64,000 bases of DNA from Tubiluchus corallicola (Eukaryota > Animalia > Priapulida): positions 552,569 to 616,568 of the forward strand of contig JAQGDQ010000107.1 of NCBI GenBank assembly GCA_030141605.1, read 5' to 3'. The translations under genes were made by a program, and so were the position numbers. The notes beneath the pieces are model-generated. The model was not told the DNA's origin and did not search any database. It saw nothing but the letters and a program-made list of their open reading frames with translations. This document shows, piece by piece, positions 1 through 18,939 of the stretch; positions within the stretch are counted from its first letter, which is position 1, and each line of letters opens with the position of its first letter.

Positions 1-665
1 AGGGACTACTTAGTTCATTAGCAAGCACCTATGATCCCCTAGGCATGGTCTCGCCTTTCATTTTACAAGCGAAAAGACTGTTTCAGAACGAATGCCGTAT
101 CCAAAAAAAATCATGGGATGATAGACTGGAAGGAGAGACTGAGAAAAGTTGGGATAAATGGAAATCAGATTGTCCCGCACTAGAATACTTTCCGCTAGAC
201 AGATGCCTGAAGCCAAGAGATTTTGGAAGAATTGCTGACTTGCAGCTGCATCACTTCAGTGATGCATCCCAGTATGCTTATGGCACAGTGACTTATGCAC
301 GGATGGAAAATGCTGACGGAGTTGTACACACAGCATTTGTAATGGCAAAGTCTAGGCTGGCACCTATAAAAGGCCTAACCATACCACACCTTGAGTTGTG
401 CGCAGCAGTATTAGCCTCAACTGTCGACAAACAACTGAGAAGAGAATTGTCCATACCCATCAGCGAGTCCGTGTTTTGGTGTGACAGCACTATAGTGCTT
501 CAATACATACGCAACACCACAAGACGTTTCCATACTTTCGTGTAAAATAGAGTGACTACCATACTAGAAACTTCGTCGCCTGTTCAGTGGCATTATATCA
601 GTACTGCAGATAATCCAGCTGATGACGTATCCCGCGGAATGGACGCCAATGCCTTAGTAAAATCT
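1..665 (+). mobile_element. Bel/Pao LTR retrotransposon pol fragment (RT connection/RNase H region), disrupted by an in-frame stop
   Basis: The translation contains Pao-type motifs YDPLGMVSPF, LHHFSDASQYAYG, KSRLAP, LELCAAVL, FWCDSTIVL, FV*NRV and QWHYISTADNPADDVSRG. TAA at 543-545 interrupts the conserved FVxNRV, and the similarity ends near 665. Confidence 0.92.
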
Positions 666-1305
666 GGTGGGTCTTTTCTTCTTTCTGGATTTGCATATTG
701 CTATGCAGTTAGTTTGACATACTTCCGGGTCGTGAGTAGCATCACACAAACTTCCGGGGGTTGGCCTCGCTTTACTCTCTTTATTGCTCTTTTTGCCCTC
801 ACATTTTGCAATTCGGGATTTGAGTTTTTTGATGAAAAGGACTAATATTTTCAAATACTTTCAAGCTAACTGATGCAATGTTACATCTCACTCATGTCTC
901 GTTTTTGTAGAGATCCGCTGCAAGGCAGGTGCTTTTTCCAGTTGGCTTTTCTGTAGGTTCCATTATTTTTATGCCACAGTCCTTTATTTCGTTCCATGTT
1001 ACATATCTTACAGACTCTAAGTTGACTTCAGACTGTTCCATTAAGTAATGTTTAGTGCAGTCTTGCTTGCAGATTGTTTCTGAGCTAATAGAACACATTT
1101 CATCCAAATCATAAGCTGAGAATATTCCTGTGTTAATTTTAAACTCACTTTGAAAACCGTCAACTGGACGAGCAAAATCGCAAACATCAGAACTGTTTGA
1201 ATAGAATATTTCAAATCCCCAAGTTTCCATGGAAAACAGGAAAACGTTTAGCAATATTATTGCATAAGATTTAGAATCACAACTACAGGTTAATAAAAAC
1301 CACAT
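654..1305 (-). pseudogene. Possible degraded small secreted Cys-rich protein (two ORF pieces)
   Basis: ORF 892-1305 has an acceptor-like TTTAG just upstream, a hydrophobic segment (YAIILLNVFLFSMETWG) and CSISSETICKQDC. ORF 654-854 has a similar Cys spacing (CDATHDPEVCQTNC). Joining them needs both a stop readthrough and a frameshift. Confidence 0.25.
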
Positions 1306-1865
1306 TGTTGTAACAGACGATTCAGAAGTTTTTCTAAATTAACTATTATATTCTCATTTATAAGCACTTTAGACTTTGGAATTACAAATTTAGTTTACTG
1401 CATCTTTCTTGTTCGTTGTTCTCACTAAACAGTAGAATCAGAAATGTGGATTGTTTTCTTAATGGAATGAACTTGAAAACAATGCTAAACATGTTTGTTC
1501 TTTCTTCATTGTTTTCAAGAAGTTCCCAGGTTTGCTGCAATGAATAATACAGGTGGCCAATTTTGATCGAAATGCTTTGGACAATGAATTTCGAATTATC
1601 AAGAAATTGATGATACCCAACAATGTAAATAGTTTAACTTTCTAAAATTTTCTATCTAGATGATTAAACATACTTGCTTATAAAAACAACAATCTAAATG
1701 TCGAAATAAACAAAATGATGGAAAAATTAACAAAAAATTTTGCTAGTCGAAAAGTGGGGATTAATGTTTACTAGAGATCAGTGTTTGAAATAACAGGACA
1801 TCTATGAAAATCATAAAGCACATTTATTACAGCGATAGTTTCAACACGTGAAGTTCAAAATTTTG

Positions 1866-4800
1866 CTACATGTAATTAAAAGTTAAATATTTAGCCAATA
1901 GGGGCAGATGCCACGCTACCAATTGAACAGAATTTCCAGATTTGGCCGGCATTGTGTGCGAAACTGTCTTCATTGAACAATTAAAATCTGTTAGCTTTAA
2001 ATCTTCATGATTTACTTTTGGTACCCAGCAATCTACAAAAGAGTGTTTCCATTTCGCCTTCATCATCCAAACAGCATCACAGTCACAAATGAGTCTGCTT
2101 CCTAACAGTTGGAAAGACACATTCTCGGTTTTAACTTCTTCGTATAAGGTAGGCATAGACATGTGCTGTATTTTTGAACCTACAAACGAGATTTGAGTGA
2201 TGTTACGATTATATCTGAGATCCAGATTTGCCACCGCCAGCTGAGTGCACGACAAGAAAGAAATTGACCTCAGAAGGCCTACAGAATAAAATGCTTTTGG
2301 ATCAATTGACACAAGAAAAGGATTATCATCCACCACAAAATGTTCTATAAAACCATTTCGTATGTCATTTTGCACTAGAGTTGTTATAGCTGATTGTCGT
2401 AGCACCAGTTTTTTGACGTGCTTTCCTTCCAGTAGCCACTTAGGAAGCCGACTGTCTTCGTAATTGAAGATAACTAAGGCATAGAGGTATGGTTTAATCT
2501 CTGCTGATATCTGCCGCATCACAACATGGTCAATTCTTCCGAACTGGCCGCAGTGAAGTTCACAAGGATCTTCAGAGAATACTGTGCAACTGCTCACACT
2601 GATACTGCACGATTTGCTGGGAGGTCTTACGGTTGTTGTAGGTGGCTGATCACATTCAATCATATCAATAGTCATCTCCAAGTGAGATATTTTAGGTTCA
2701 TAACAATCAACTCGTCTGTAAATCCAGTTAACTCGAAACATCCAATACATGTCACAGTCACAAATCAGCTTGCTTCCCAAGAGAGCAAAATAAACATTGA
2801 AGCGTTTGACATCTGGGTGCAGGAAAGGCTTTGACATGCGCTCGATTTTTGATCCCTGAGTGAAGTTGATAGAATTGATCAAGGGACTATTCCACAAATC
2901 CAGATTAGCTGTTTCCAATGCTTCACAAGCAACAAAGGTCACTGATCTCAAACGCTTTAACCGAGAGAAAGCTTTGTGATGAACTTTCTTTAAGACTTTG
3001 CTATAGTTTACAGTGAAGTATTCAAGGCTGGGTGGCAGATCATTCTCAGATAGATTAACAAATGCACATTTTTCAAATATTAGAGCTGTTACGTTTTTTT
3101 GGTCAAGAAACTTGTTTGGTAGCTTGTCGTCTTTGTAAAAATAGATTTTTAATTCTGATGGGACGCCTGTAATATGATTTACAATTTTCACCAATCTCCT
3201 GGAATTCATCTTGCTATCAGAGATGTTCGAAATGTCTGCGTCACCACAAACCAGTTTACAGGGCAATAGTGAAAGGGCAACACAAGTTCTTTTGTGAAAA
3301 CTGCATTGTTGTCCAGGTGGGCAAATGTCTGCAATAGTTAATTCAGTCGTACTAATTAACCCATTTTCCTTTAGTTTTGCATTTGGGAGATGTTCACAGT
3401 CCACTTCCGATTTTTCCCAAAATTCAGCTATCCACGTCATCCGGCAGTCGCAAATTAAAGGACTTTTGAAAAAGAAAAGGCTAAAGTCCTTGGTAATGTT
3501 TGAATGAAAGTTTGGCTTATCCATCGTGGTGATATTCGTGAATTCTATGTGTAGCCGTTCCAATTTTTCTAGTTTGTCCAGCGACAATTTCAGCTCGCTC
3601 AAACTTGGGCAATTTAAGATCACGATTTCACGTAAATGTATTAAATTGTTATAAGCAAACTGATTGATACGCCTCAATGCTGCGAAATTGGCAATTTTAA
3701 CCCTTTCGACATGTGATGCATTCAGGAAGTGTGCTCCAATTTGGCGAACGTCTTCCATTATTACTAGTTCGACATTAGCGATACTGAAGCCATCTAGAAA
3801 GTTCTTGGGAATTTCGTCATAATACAGCCTTTCCATAACAAAACTATCCACTTTTGGACTATTACACTCTTTAAGTTTTGTCTTCAGCTTCTCCCACAAT
3901 GTCTCGTTAGGTCTTGTGTCGTCAAACCGGCACCTCACTTCATATTTCTCACCCTCAGGTTTTTCATGAATGAATCTTTTACAACCTGGAAAGAAATTCT
4001 CCCAAGTTGAGTTGGTCGTTTCTACTACACTACTATTCTTCATTGAACAATTAAAATCTGTTAGCTTTAAGTCTTCATGATTTACTCTTGGTACCCAGCA
4101 ATCTACAAAAGAGTGTTTCCATTTCACCTTCATCATCCAAACAGCGTCACAGTCACAAATGAGTCTGCTTTCTAACAGTTGGAAAGACACATTCTCCGGT
4201 TTAACTCTTCTGTATAAGGTAGGCTTAGACATGTGCTGTATTTTTGAACCTACAAACGAGATTTGAGTGATGTTACAATTATATCTGAGATCCAGATTTG
4301 CCACCGCCAGCTGAGTGCACGACAAGAAAGAAATTGACTTCAAAATGCCTACAAAATAAAATGCTTTTGGATCAATGGACACAAGAAAAGGATTATCATC
4401 CACCACAAAATGTTCTATAAAACCATTTCGTAAGTCGTTTTGCACTAGAGTTGTTATAGCTGATTGTCGTAGCACCAGTTTTTTGACGTGCTTTCCTTCC
4501 AGTAGCCACTTAGGAAGCCGACTGTCTTCGTAATTGAAGATAACTAAGCGATAGATGGATGGTTTAATCTCTGCTGTTATCTGCCGCATCACAACATGGT
4601 CAATTCTTCCAACCTGGCCGCAGTGAAGTTCACAAGGATCTTCAGAGAATACTGTGCAACTGCTCACACTGATACTGCACGTTTTGCTGGGATATATTAC
4701 GGTTGGTGTAGGTGGCTGATCACATTCAATCGTATCAATATTCATCTCTGTGTGAGGTATTTTAGGTTCATAACAGTCAACTTCTCTGGAAGCCCAGCTA

Positions 4801-6167
4801 ATATTAAACATCCAATACATGTCACAGTCACAAATCAGTCTGCTTCCCAAGAGAGCAAAATGTAAGTTTCCAGGATTGACATCTGGGTGCAGGAAGGGCT
4901 TTGACATCCGCTCGATTTTTGATCTCTGTGAAAAAATGATGGAACTGAGCAAGGGACTATTCCACAAATCCAGATTAGCTGTTTCCAATGCTTCACAAGC
5001 AACAAAGGTCACTGATCTCAAACGCTTTAGTCGAGAGAATGCTTTGTGATGAACTTTCTTTAAGACTTTGCTATAGTTTACAGTGAAGTATTCAAGGCTT
5101 GGTGGCAGATCATTCTCAGATAGATTAACAAATGCAGATTTTTCAAATATTAGTGCTGTTACGTTTTTTTGGTCAAGAAACTTGTTTGGCAGCTTTTCGT
5201 CTTTGTAAAAATAGATTTTTAATTCTGATGGGACGTCTGTAATATGATTTACAATTTTTACCAATCTCCTGGAATTCATCTTGCTATCAGAGATGTTCGA
5301 AATGTCTGCGTCACCACAAACCAGTTTACAGGGCAATAGTGAAAGGGCAACACAAGTTCTTTTGTCAAAACTGCATTGTTGTTCAGGTGGGCAAATGTCT
5401 GCAATAGTTAATTCAGTCGTACTAATTAACCCACTTTCCTTTAGTTTTGCATTTGGGAGATGTTCGCAGTCCACTTCCGATTTTCCCCAAAATTCAGCTA
5501 TCCACGTCATCCGGCAATCACAGATTAAAGGATTTTTCACGAAGAAAAGGCCTAAGTCGTGGGAAACGCTTAAATGAAACTTTGGCCTGTCCAATGTGGT
5601 GATATTCGTGTTTTCTATCTGTAAACGCTCCAGTTTCTTCAGCTGGTCAAGCGACAATTTCAGCTCGTTCAATGTCGGACAATTTCCAATCAGAATTTTG
5701 CGCAAATTTAATAAATTATTAAATGCATCCTGGTTGATACGTGTCAACTTTTCAAAATTGATGATTCTTACTTCTTTGACAAGTGATGCACGTAGGAAGT
5801 ATTTTCTAATTTCTTGGAGTTTTTTAAAGTTTCTCAGAACAACACTGAAAAGCTCGAACCCTTCCAAAAACTTCTCAGGCAATTCAGGATATTTCAGATT
5901 TTTCAGAACAAAGATGTCTGTTATTGGAGCATTGTTCTTTTTAATCTTTCTCCTCAGCTTCTGCCACAACGTTTCGTTGTAATTTCCATCTGCAAACGAG
6001 CACTCGACTTGATTTTGGTAACCTTCAGGTCTTGCGAGAGCCCATCTCTTACAGCCTGGAAAAAACTCCGTCCAAACCGGACCGATTTGCGATTTTGCAT
6101 TTCCAATGTTAAGAATAAGGATCACAACAAAAAGGAAAGATTGAATTATGAATCGTTGGCAGTTCAT
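1866..6167 (-). CDS. Intronless 1433-aa secreted/surface leucine-rich-repeat protein with six Cys-capped LRR cassettes (ABC-ABC duplication)
   Basis: Uninterrupted 4.3-kb ORF with an N-terminal signal peptide (FIIQSFLFVVILILNIGNA). It has LRR-like motifs (AFNNLLNLRKILIGNC, AFSRLKRLRSVTF) and six LRRCT-like LICDC..W motifs. The internal duplication has a 2070-bp period (1971/4041, 3251/5321, 3981/6051), and the C-terminus is weakly hydrophobic. Confidence 0.9.
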   Translation of the reverse strand: MNCQRFIIQSFLFVVILILNIGNAKSQIGPVWTEFFPGCKRWALARPEGYQNQVECSFADGNYNETLWQKLRRKIKKNNAPITDIFVLKNLKYPELPEKFLEGFELFSVVLRNFKKLQEIRKYFLRASLVKEVRIINFEKLTRINQDAFNNLLNLRKILIGNCPTLNELKLSLDQLKKLERLQIENTNITTLDRPKFHLSVSHDLGLFFVKNPLICDCRMTWIAEFWGKSEVDCEHLPNAKLKESGLISTTELTIADICPPEQQCSFDKRTCVALSLLPCKLVCGDADISNISDSKMNSRRLVKIVNHITDVPSELKIYFYKDEKLPNKFLDQKNVTALIFEKSAFVNLSENDLPPSLEYFTVNYSKVLKKVHHKAFSRLKRLRSVTFVACEALETANLDLWNSPLLSSIIFSQRSKIERMSKPFLHPDVNPGNLHFALLGSRLICDCDMYWMFNISWASREVDCYEPKIPHTEMNIDTIECDQPPTPTVIYPSKTCSISVSSCTVFSEDPCELHCGQVGRIDHVVMRQITAEIKPSIYRLVIFNYEDSRLPKWLLEGKHVKKLVLRQSAITTLVQNDLRNGFIEHFVVDDNPFLVSIDPKAFYFVGILKSISFLSCTQLAVANLDLRYNCNITQISFVGSKIQHMSKPTLYRRVKPENVSFQLLESRLICDCDAVWMMKVKWKHSFVDCWVPRVNHEDLKLTDFNCSMKNSSVVETTNSTWENFFPGCKRFIHEKPEGEKYEVRCRFDDTRPNETLWEKLKTKLKECNSPKVDSFVMERLYYDEIPKNFLDGFSIANVELVIMEDVRQIGAHFLNASHVERVKIANFAALRRINQFAYNNLIHLREIVILNCPSLSELKLSLDKLEKLERLHIEFTNITTMDKPNFHSNITKDFSLFFFKSPLICDCRMTWIAEFWEKSEVDCEHLPNAKLKENGLISTTELTIADICPPGQQCSFHKRTCVALSLLPCKLVCGDADISNISDSKMNSRRLVKIVNHITGVPSELKIYFYKDDKLPNKFLDQKNVTALIFEKCAFVNLSENDLPPSLEYFTVNYSKVLKKVHHKAFSRLKRLRSVTFVACEALETANLDLWNSPLINSINFTQGSKIERMSKPFLHPDVKRFNVYFALLGSKLICDCDMYWMFRVNWIYRRVDCYEPKISHLEMTIDMIECDQPPTTTVRPPSKSCSISVSSCTVFSEDPCELHCGQFGRIDHVVMRQISAEIKPYLYALVIFNYEDSRLPKWLLEGKHVKKLVLRQSAITTLVQNDIRNGFIEHFVVDDNPFLVSIDPKAFYSVGLLRSISFLSCTQLAVANLDLRYNRNITQISFVGSKIQHMSMPTLYEEVKTENVSFQLLGSRLICDCDAVWMMKAKWKHSFVDCWVPKVNHEDLKLTDFNCSMKTVSHTMPAKSGNSVQLVAWHLPLLAKYLTFNYM

Positions 6168-6462
6168 TGCATGTTATTCAGAAAACGTGAATATCTTGGC
6201 GCAACATGAAAGAAACTAGCAACGGCATAATGGTTGCACAAATGTATGACGTCACAGTAACATACGTAATCACATTGTATACTCACTTAACCTCCCATTC
6301 CTGATAATGTTAGATTATTATTAGACGCTCTACTTGCGAACAGTTTGAGCTAATCTGACAGGTCAAATTTTCCTTAATGTCTGAATGTGAATCTGTAACG
6401 TCTGGTACATGAATGGCAGAACATGTAGTCAAAACCAAAGCATTCTTGAAAATAGTTAAAGA

Positions 6463-6463
6463 C

Positions 6464-6560
<97 letters not shown>

Positions 6561-6603
6561 CAATAATAATAATAATAATAATAATAATTATATTATTATT
6601 AAC

Positions 6604-6637
<34 letters not shown>

Positions 6638-6645
6638 CTAATAAT
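6463..6645. repeat. (AAT)n microsatellite
   Basis: Direct reading of the AAT run. Confidence 0.95.
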
Positions 6646-6689
6646 GGGAAAATTACAAACATTTCAACAATGAATGTAATAGCTTTTTC

Positions 6690-7080
6690 ACGGTTTCATT
6701 GTGCTGCTGCTGTACTTGCTGTAGGTCAAAGGTTAAGGGTACCAAAGCAGCACGTCGTAACTACAACCATCACGTGATGTGTGGGTAAAGCAAATCCGTC
6801 TACCGCATCAGATCAGCAACTTCAATTGTTTTACGTGGATTTTTTTTGGTTTTGCATTAGTCTGTGTATAGAATGATTTACTATCAGGATCTTGCTTAGG
6901 AACAAGAGAAAATGATCTAGGTATGGTTCTAGCTAGGTGTTAAAGCTCTTTTCTACTACAATAGCATGGGCTGCGAGGCGTTACCAAGTGTACACAAATG
7001 TGTTGTCTGGTACACTTAACCTTTGACCTTTTCACTATCATCATCATCAATCGCTGCAACCATGAATAGGCTTATTGGGC
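6690..7080 (+). mobile_element. Dispersed non-autonomous element family B (subterminal inverted repeat AGGTCAAAGGTTAAG / CTTAACCTTTGACCT)
   Basis: Homologous copies lie at ~14480-14925, ~21200-21855, ~27900-28040 (inverted) and ~55980-56345. They share GGGTAAAGCAAA...CTTAACCTTTGACCTTTTCAC. Confidence 0.8.
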
Positions 7081-7164
7081 GATTGTTTAGAAATCTAATG
7101 ACGTCATGATATGGAATTCCCTAAGAGAGCCATCACATCAAGGAACACTGTTCAAATCTGCACT

Positions 7165-7270
7165 TAAGCCAACCCTAACCCTAACCTTAACCCGAAACCC
7201 TAACCCTACCCCCAACCCCAAACTCCAACCCCAACCCCAACCCCAACCCCAACCCCTACCCCGATCGTAA
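7165..7270. repeat. Degenerate (CCCTAA/CCCCAA)n telomere-like repeat; a longer related tract at 8400-8795
   Basis: Imperfect AACCCT/AACCCC hexamer runs. Confidence 0.8.
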
Positions 7271-7544
7271 TCCCAATAGTAAAATTAATATGCTTGTTTG
7301 TATAGTGGTAGTACTTATGAAGGTGACAGTAGCTGTTTATTGGCGTGAGGTGATGACAAAGCTATAAGATCTGGATTGATGACGACTATCACGTTTATTT
7401 CACAATATCATATTATATAAGTGTAAACATATCATAGCTATGAAAAGCCCCCTGATCTGTCCAGCCTTCTTTCCTGAGATCCTAACCTGATCTGATCTCA
7501 CTAGCTGACTTCTCCGAATTCCTGGCTTCCTCCTTGGCGTCAGG

Positions 7545-7930
7545 CTGACGGCGCATGCACGGGAAAATGGGCATTGCACTGTCGCCAGACTGATGGTCCA
7601 GAATGGGCATTGCACTGGCGCCAGGCTGACGGTCCAGAATGGGCATTGCACTGGCGCCAGGCTGACGGTCCAGAAAGGGCATTGCACTGACGCCAGGCTG
7701 ACGGTCCAGAATGGGCATTGCACTGGCGCCAGTCTGACGGTCCAGAATGGGCATTGCACTGGCGCCAGACTTACGGTCCAGAATGGGCATTGCACTGGCG
7801 CCAGACTGACGGTCCAGAATGGGCATTGCACTGGCGCCAGGCTGACGGTCCAGAATGGGCATTGCACTGGCGCCAGGCTGACGGTCCAGAATGGGCATTG
7901 CACTGGCGCCAGGCTGACGGTCCAGAATGG
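7545..7930. repeat. 36-bp GC-rich minisatellite, ~10 copies (ACGGTCCAGAATGGGCATTGCACTGGCGCCAGGCTG)
   Basis: 12-aa periodicity in the overlapping ORFs; units are head-to-tail with no spacers. Confidence 0.95.
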
Positions 7931-9056
7931 CTACTTCCATATTCGGGATTCTTAGTGGAGAGGCCATCACGTGACTGCCACACCTTAATCTCGTGTTCAG
8001 CAGTCTGGCTTCCTAGGCGTCCGTTCTAGATATGTAACATGTTTAATTATCAAACCATTAATCATATAACATCTTTAATTATCGAACCATCAATCATTAG
8101 ATATTTAACATTTTACCGATTCTCTTTACTCCAATCCCAAACACGGTCTCGACCATGGCAGAAGTAAAACAGCAGTGAATGAGAAATTTCAAGTTTTAAT
8201 GGCCAATATAACAGAGTTGATACGTTCAAAGATGAGACTGCTTGTTACCGAAAGTGAGATACTGATTATTAAATTTGCGCAGATAAAGCCAACATAAACG
8301 ACTCAAGTTATTTGGTACGCCAACACTTTATTTACAAAATTGACTAAAAGGATTTGAATCCTTGCAGCAGACAAGCAAATTTTACACAAAAACATAATTC
8401 TAACCTTAGATCTAACCGTAACCCTTACTCTAACCTTAACACTGAACCCCAATCCTACCCTTAACCTCAACCCCAAACTCCAAACTCCAACCCAACCCCG
8501 ACTGTAAACACAATCCCAAACACGACCCAGACCATGACAGTCTAACCATAACCCTAACTCTAACCTAACCCTAACTGTAACCCTAACCCTAACTGTAACC
8601 CTATTCCTAACCTTAACCCTAAACCCCAACCCTACCCCTAACCCCAACCCCAAACTCCAACCCCAACCGCGACTGTAACCCCAATCCCAAACACGACCCC
8701 GACAATGACAGTCTAACCGTAACCCTAACTGTAACCCTAACCCTAACTGTAACCCTATCCTTAACCTTAACCCTACCCCTAAACCCAACCCCAAACATTA
8801 TGTGTAAACAAGATGGACATACTGAACAAAAGTATTAAATCAAAAAAAAATTTCTTATTAAAAAAATAATTTGGGACTGAAAGGGTTAAATTACGGAGAA
8901 AGAGTACATTGGTAGAAAGGCGTGTAAGGGAAAATGCGCATTCATTAATGTACAAACAGTTATTGTTTTTTACTGTTGTAACGATGAAACCACTGATATC
9001 AATTAAAATTTTGTGACACATATAGCATACATCGACAAAAAAGCCAGTTTGAAATA

Positions 9057-9935
9057 AAAATCTCAGACTTTGTCCAACAGTAGCAGATCAAAATCTCCAT
9101 CGAACCTCAGACTTTGTCCAACAGTAGCAGATCAAAATCCCCATCGAATCTCAGACTGTCCAACAGTAGCAGATCAAAATCCCCATCGAATCTCAGACTT
9201 TGTCCAACAGTAGCAGATCAAAATCCCCATCGAATCTCAGACTTTGTCCGACAGTAGCAGATCAAAATCCCCATCGAATCTCAGACTTTGTCCAACAGTA
9301 GCAGATCAAAATCCCCATCGAATCTCAGACTTTGTCCAACAGTAGCAGATCAAATCCCCATCGAATCTCAGTCTTTGTCCAACAGTAGCAGATCAAAATC
9401 CCCATCGAATCTCAGACTTTGTCCAACAGTAGCAGATCAAAATCCCCATCGAATCTCAGACTTTGTCCAACAGTAGCAGATCAAAATCCCCATCGAATCT
9501 CAGACTTTGTCCAACAGTAGCAGATCAAATCCCCATCGAATCTCAGACTTTGTCCAACAGTAGCAGATCAAAATCCCCATCGAATCTCAGACTTTGTCCA
9601 ACAGTAGCAGATCAAAATCCCCATCGAATCTCAGACTTTGTCCAACAGTAGCAGATCAAAATCCCCATCGAATCTCAGACTTTGTCCAACAGTAGCAGAT
9701 CAAAATCCCCATCGAATCCCAGACTTTGTCCAACAGTAGCAGATCAAAATCCCCATCGAATCCCAGACTTTGTCCAACAGTAGCAGATCAAAATCCCCAT
9801 CGGATCTCAGACTTTGTCCAACAGTAGCAGATCAAAATCCCCATCGAATCTCAGACTTTGTCCGACAGTAGCAGATCAAAATCCCCATCGAATCTGAGAC
9901 TTTGTCCAACAGTAGCAGATCAAAATCCCCATCGA
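9057..9935. repeat. 44-bp minisatellite, ~20 copies (AATCTCAGACTTTGTCCAACAGTAGCAGATCAAAATCCCCATCG)
   Basis: Direct head-to-tail repeats. Confidence 0.95.
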
Positions 9936-12354
9936 AGGACAGAAAATGTAGAAACTTTTCAGAAAAAAACGCCGCCCTGTGGCAGATTCTGACAACGTTG
10001 TGAAGCCAATCTTGCATGGTTTCTTCTTGTCTGTTGCTGTGGTTCACGTTGTCGCCGCTAGAGTCGCTGCTTAAAGCTCTTGTGCGAGATATCAAGAACT
10101 GCATCACAGACATGTCCTCCGAAAGCTGGTCAATTAATAACTTTTTGTTGATCTGCAAGCATTTAAATTATGTAAGTTGCAAATGAATTCAAGTAAACAA
10201 GTCAAAATAGTCCCATTTGAGATTTTTCTGTAATTCTCTCCTTTTCTATTTGTTGTTGAAGACAAACGAGATATTCTTATTAAACATTACGAATAAGACA
10301 TAAGAGTTATTAAGGCCAGTGTGAACCTGACTTAATAAATTTTAATTTTGTAGCCATGGTGGCTCCATCTAGCTAGAAAGTTTAAAGTGTGGGCATTGAC
10401 CTAGTTACGTTTTCATTATGCTGTTCTGTAGTATATGTGAACATGTGTCTTGTACAAGCTAGTGAAATTTTTCATTAGATATATGCCGCAAAGATGAAAG
10501 TTTACTTCTATTAATTTTTATTTTGATTTATTCACTGATGTTTATGAATGGACTAAACTATGTAACAATCTGACTAAATTAGCCAATGTCAGTCACCTTT
10601 GCCTTTCTATTTTAATATTTAAATATTGCAGAAATAAAGATCAGCGGTTTACATGAAATTCAACTGAGACTTTTGAAGTTGTCGTAAATGTCTCTCAGAG
10701 ACACTAACAAGTGTGTTTTATATTATGTGACCTAATAGTAACATTCCACACTTTAAAGTGCTTATAAGAAACAGCTGTTGCAGTAAAGAAAATATATTCT
10801 TGTATGTAAAAATAACTTACTAATTAGTAGTTGTGTTATTAACTTGTATAAACTCTCATTTGAGTTAATCATTTTAAAAAGTGGCAAAAGATATCATACG
10901 ATAATTTGTAATAGTAAATTTTTAGGCTAAGACATTTGCGATGTGTATTTTTTTAGTACTTTTAATCTGTCTTATCAATAATTTTATATACCTGTAGATA
11001 TCTGTAATATGGTACTACTTGTATTGATTTAAAAAAACTTATGAAGAAATTCTGAAGGTAATTGCTAAGACATCAGAATACAGGTAGAATTCAAGTAGAA
11101 TACAGGTGAGCTTTATTTATATAAATCATTAATAACACTATACATTGCTCTCTCAGTTTAAGTCACCTGCTTACTCAGAGATCTCTGAAAGCCAACTGAC
11201 CAGGTAAGTTTTCCATGAAGCAACGAAGCCAGCAATTCAATGAAGGTAAATGTTATGCATACTAGTTCAAGGATGAAAGTCTAGACTGTATATAACAAAA
11301 TAGACTTATTTTATAGCTGAAATTTCTTGTGTGGGATTTTTAATGTTTTAACAAGAGAATGTAATAATATGACTAATGATCATAATTAAGAACTAATAAA
11401 AAATAAGATAAAGAAATCGGGAGCTTCACGACAGGCTAAGGCATTTTCGATGTGTATTTATTTAGTAATTTTAATCTGTCTTATCAATAATTTTATATAC
11501 CTGTAGATATCTGTAATATGGTACTACTTGTATTGATTTAAAAATCTGACATATATGTAAATAAATAAAGTAAATGAAACCGCACTGGTTGCATGAAATA
11601 ATATTCGTGTTTTTCCATGTTACGTAACAGTAGTTTCAAAATATAATTTAAAGCTACTTTTAATTATTTCCAAATATTTTGATAAAAAAGGAAACTAATA
11701 TGATTTAATTTAAAAATGACTTATTGTGCTGCAGTTTAGACATGGATCACTAGCCATCACTTTATGATAGATCCAGCTTATTCTGATCTGTTCAGCATTA
11801 GCAGTAACTAGTTGTTTAGTAACTAGTATATATATATATATATATAATAATCTTTATTTGCCATTAAAATACATTGATAATCACTGATAAAAACTTTACA
11901 GAGATGATCAATCAGTGTTAGTTAATAAAAACTTACACTGCTAAAGGCAAATGCGTCAGTGCAATCTAAACTACTGTGCAGTAATGGAAAGTAACGACGA
12001 ATAAAATCAAACATATTTACAACTATGCACAAAAAATGAAAAAAATTATGATTTAATTAATATGGCCGTGGATATACAAATTCTGAGTTAGTGTGTATGT
12101 TGTCGTACTGGTGTAATGGTATTTCATATCCGGTTAATATTAGTGATTTTAATTTTGTTGATTTGTTTAACCTGTAATGGTAGAGAATTCCAAAGTAGCA
12201 TTTCGAAACATTTGACATGATTTTAACTTTTAACATTTAATATAAAATTTGAAATATATAATATCAAATTAGACAACTCGTTTAGGATGGTATTTAGTAG
12301 CACGAAAATCTTATTTCCTTGCGTTTCTTTCTCTACGCACGCGAGACGCGAAAT

Positions 12355-18939
<6,585 letters not shown>

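Noticed and set aside
8400-8795. Interstitial telomere or chromosome fusion site
   Set aside because: The CCCTAA-like units are highly degenerate, interleaved with unique blocks and single-orientation, which is more like internal repeats of a non-autonomous element.
7545-9935. 36-bp and 44-bp arrays as CRISPR
   Set aside because: The units are head-to-tail with no unique spacers, no cas genes are present, and the context is eukaryotic.
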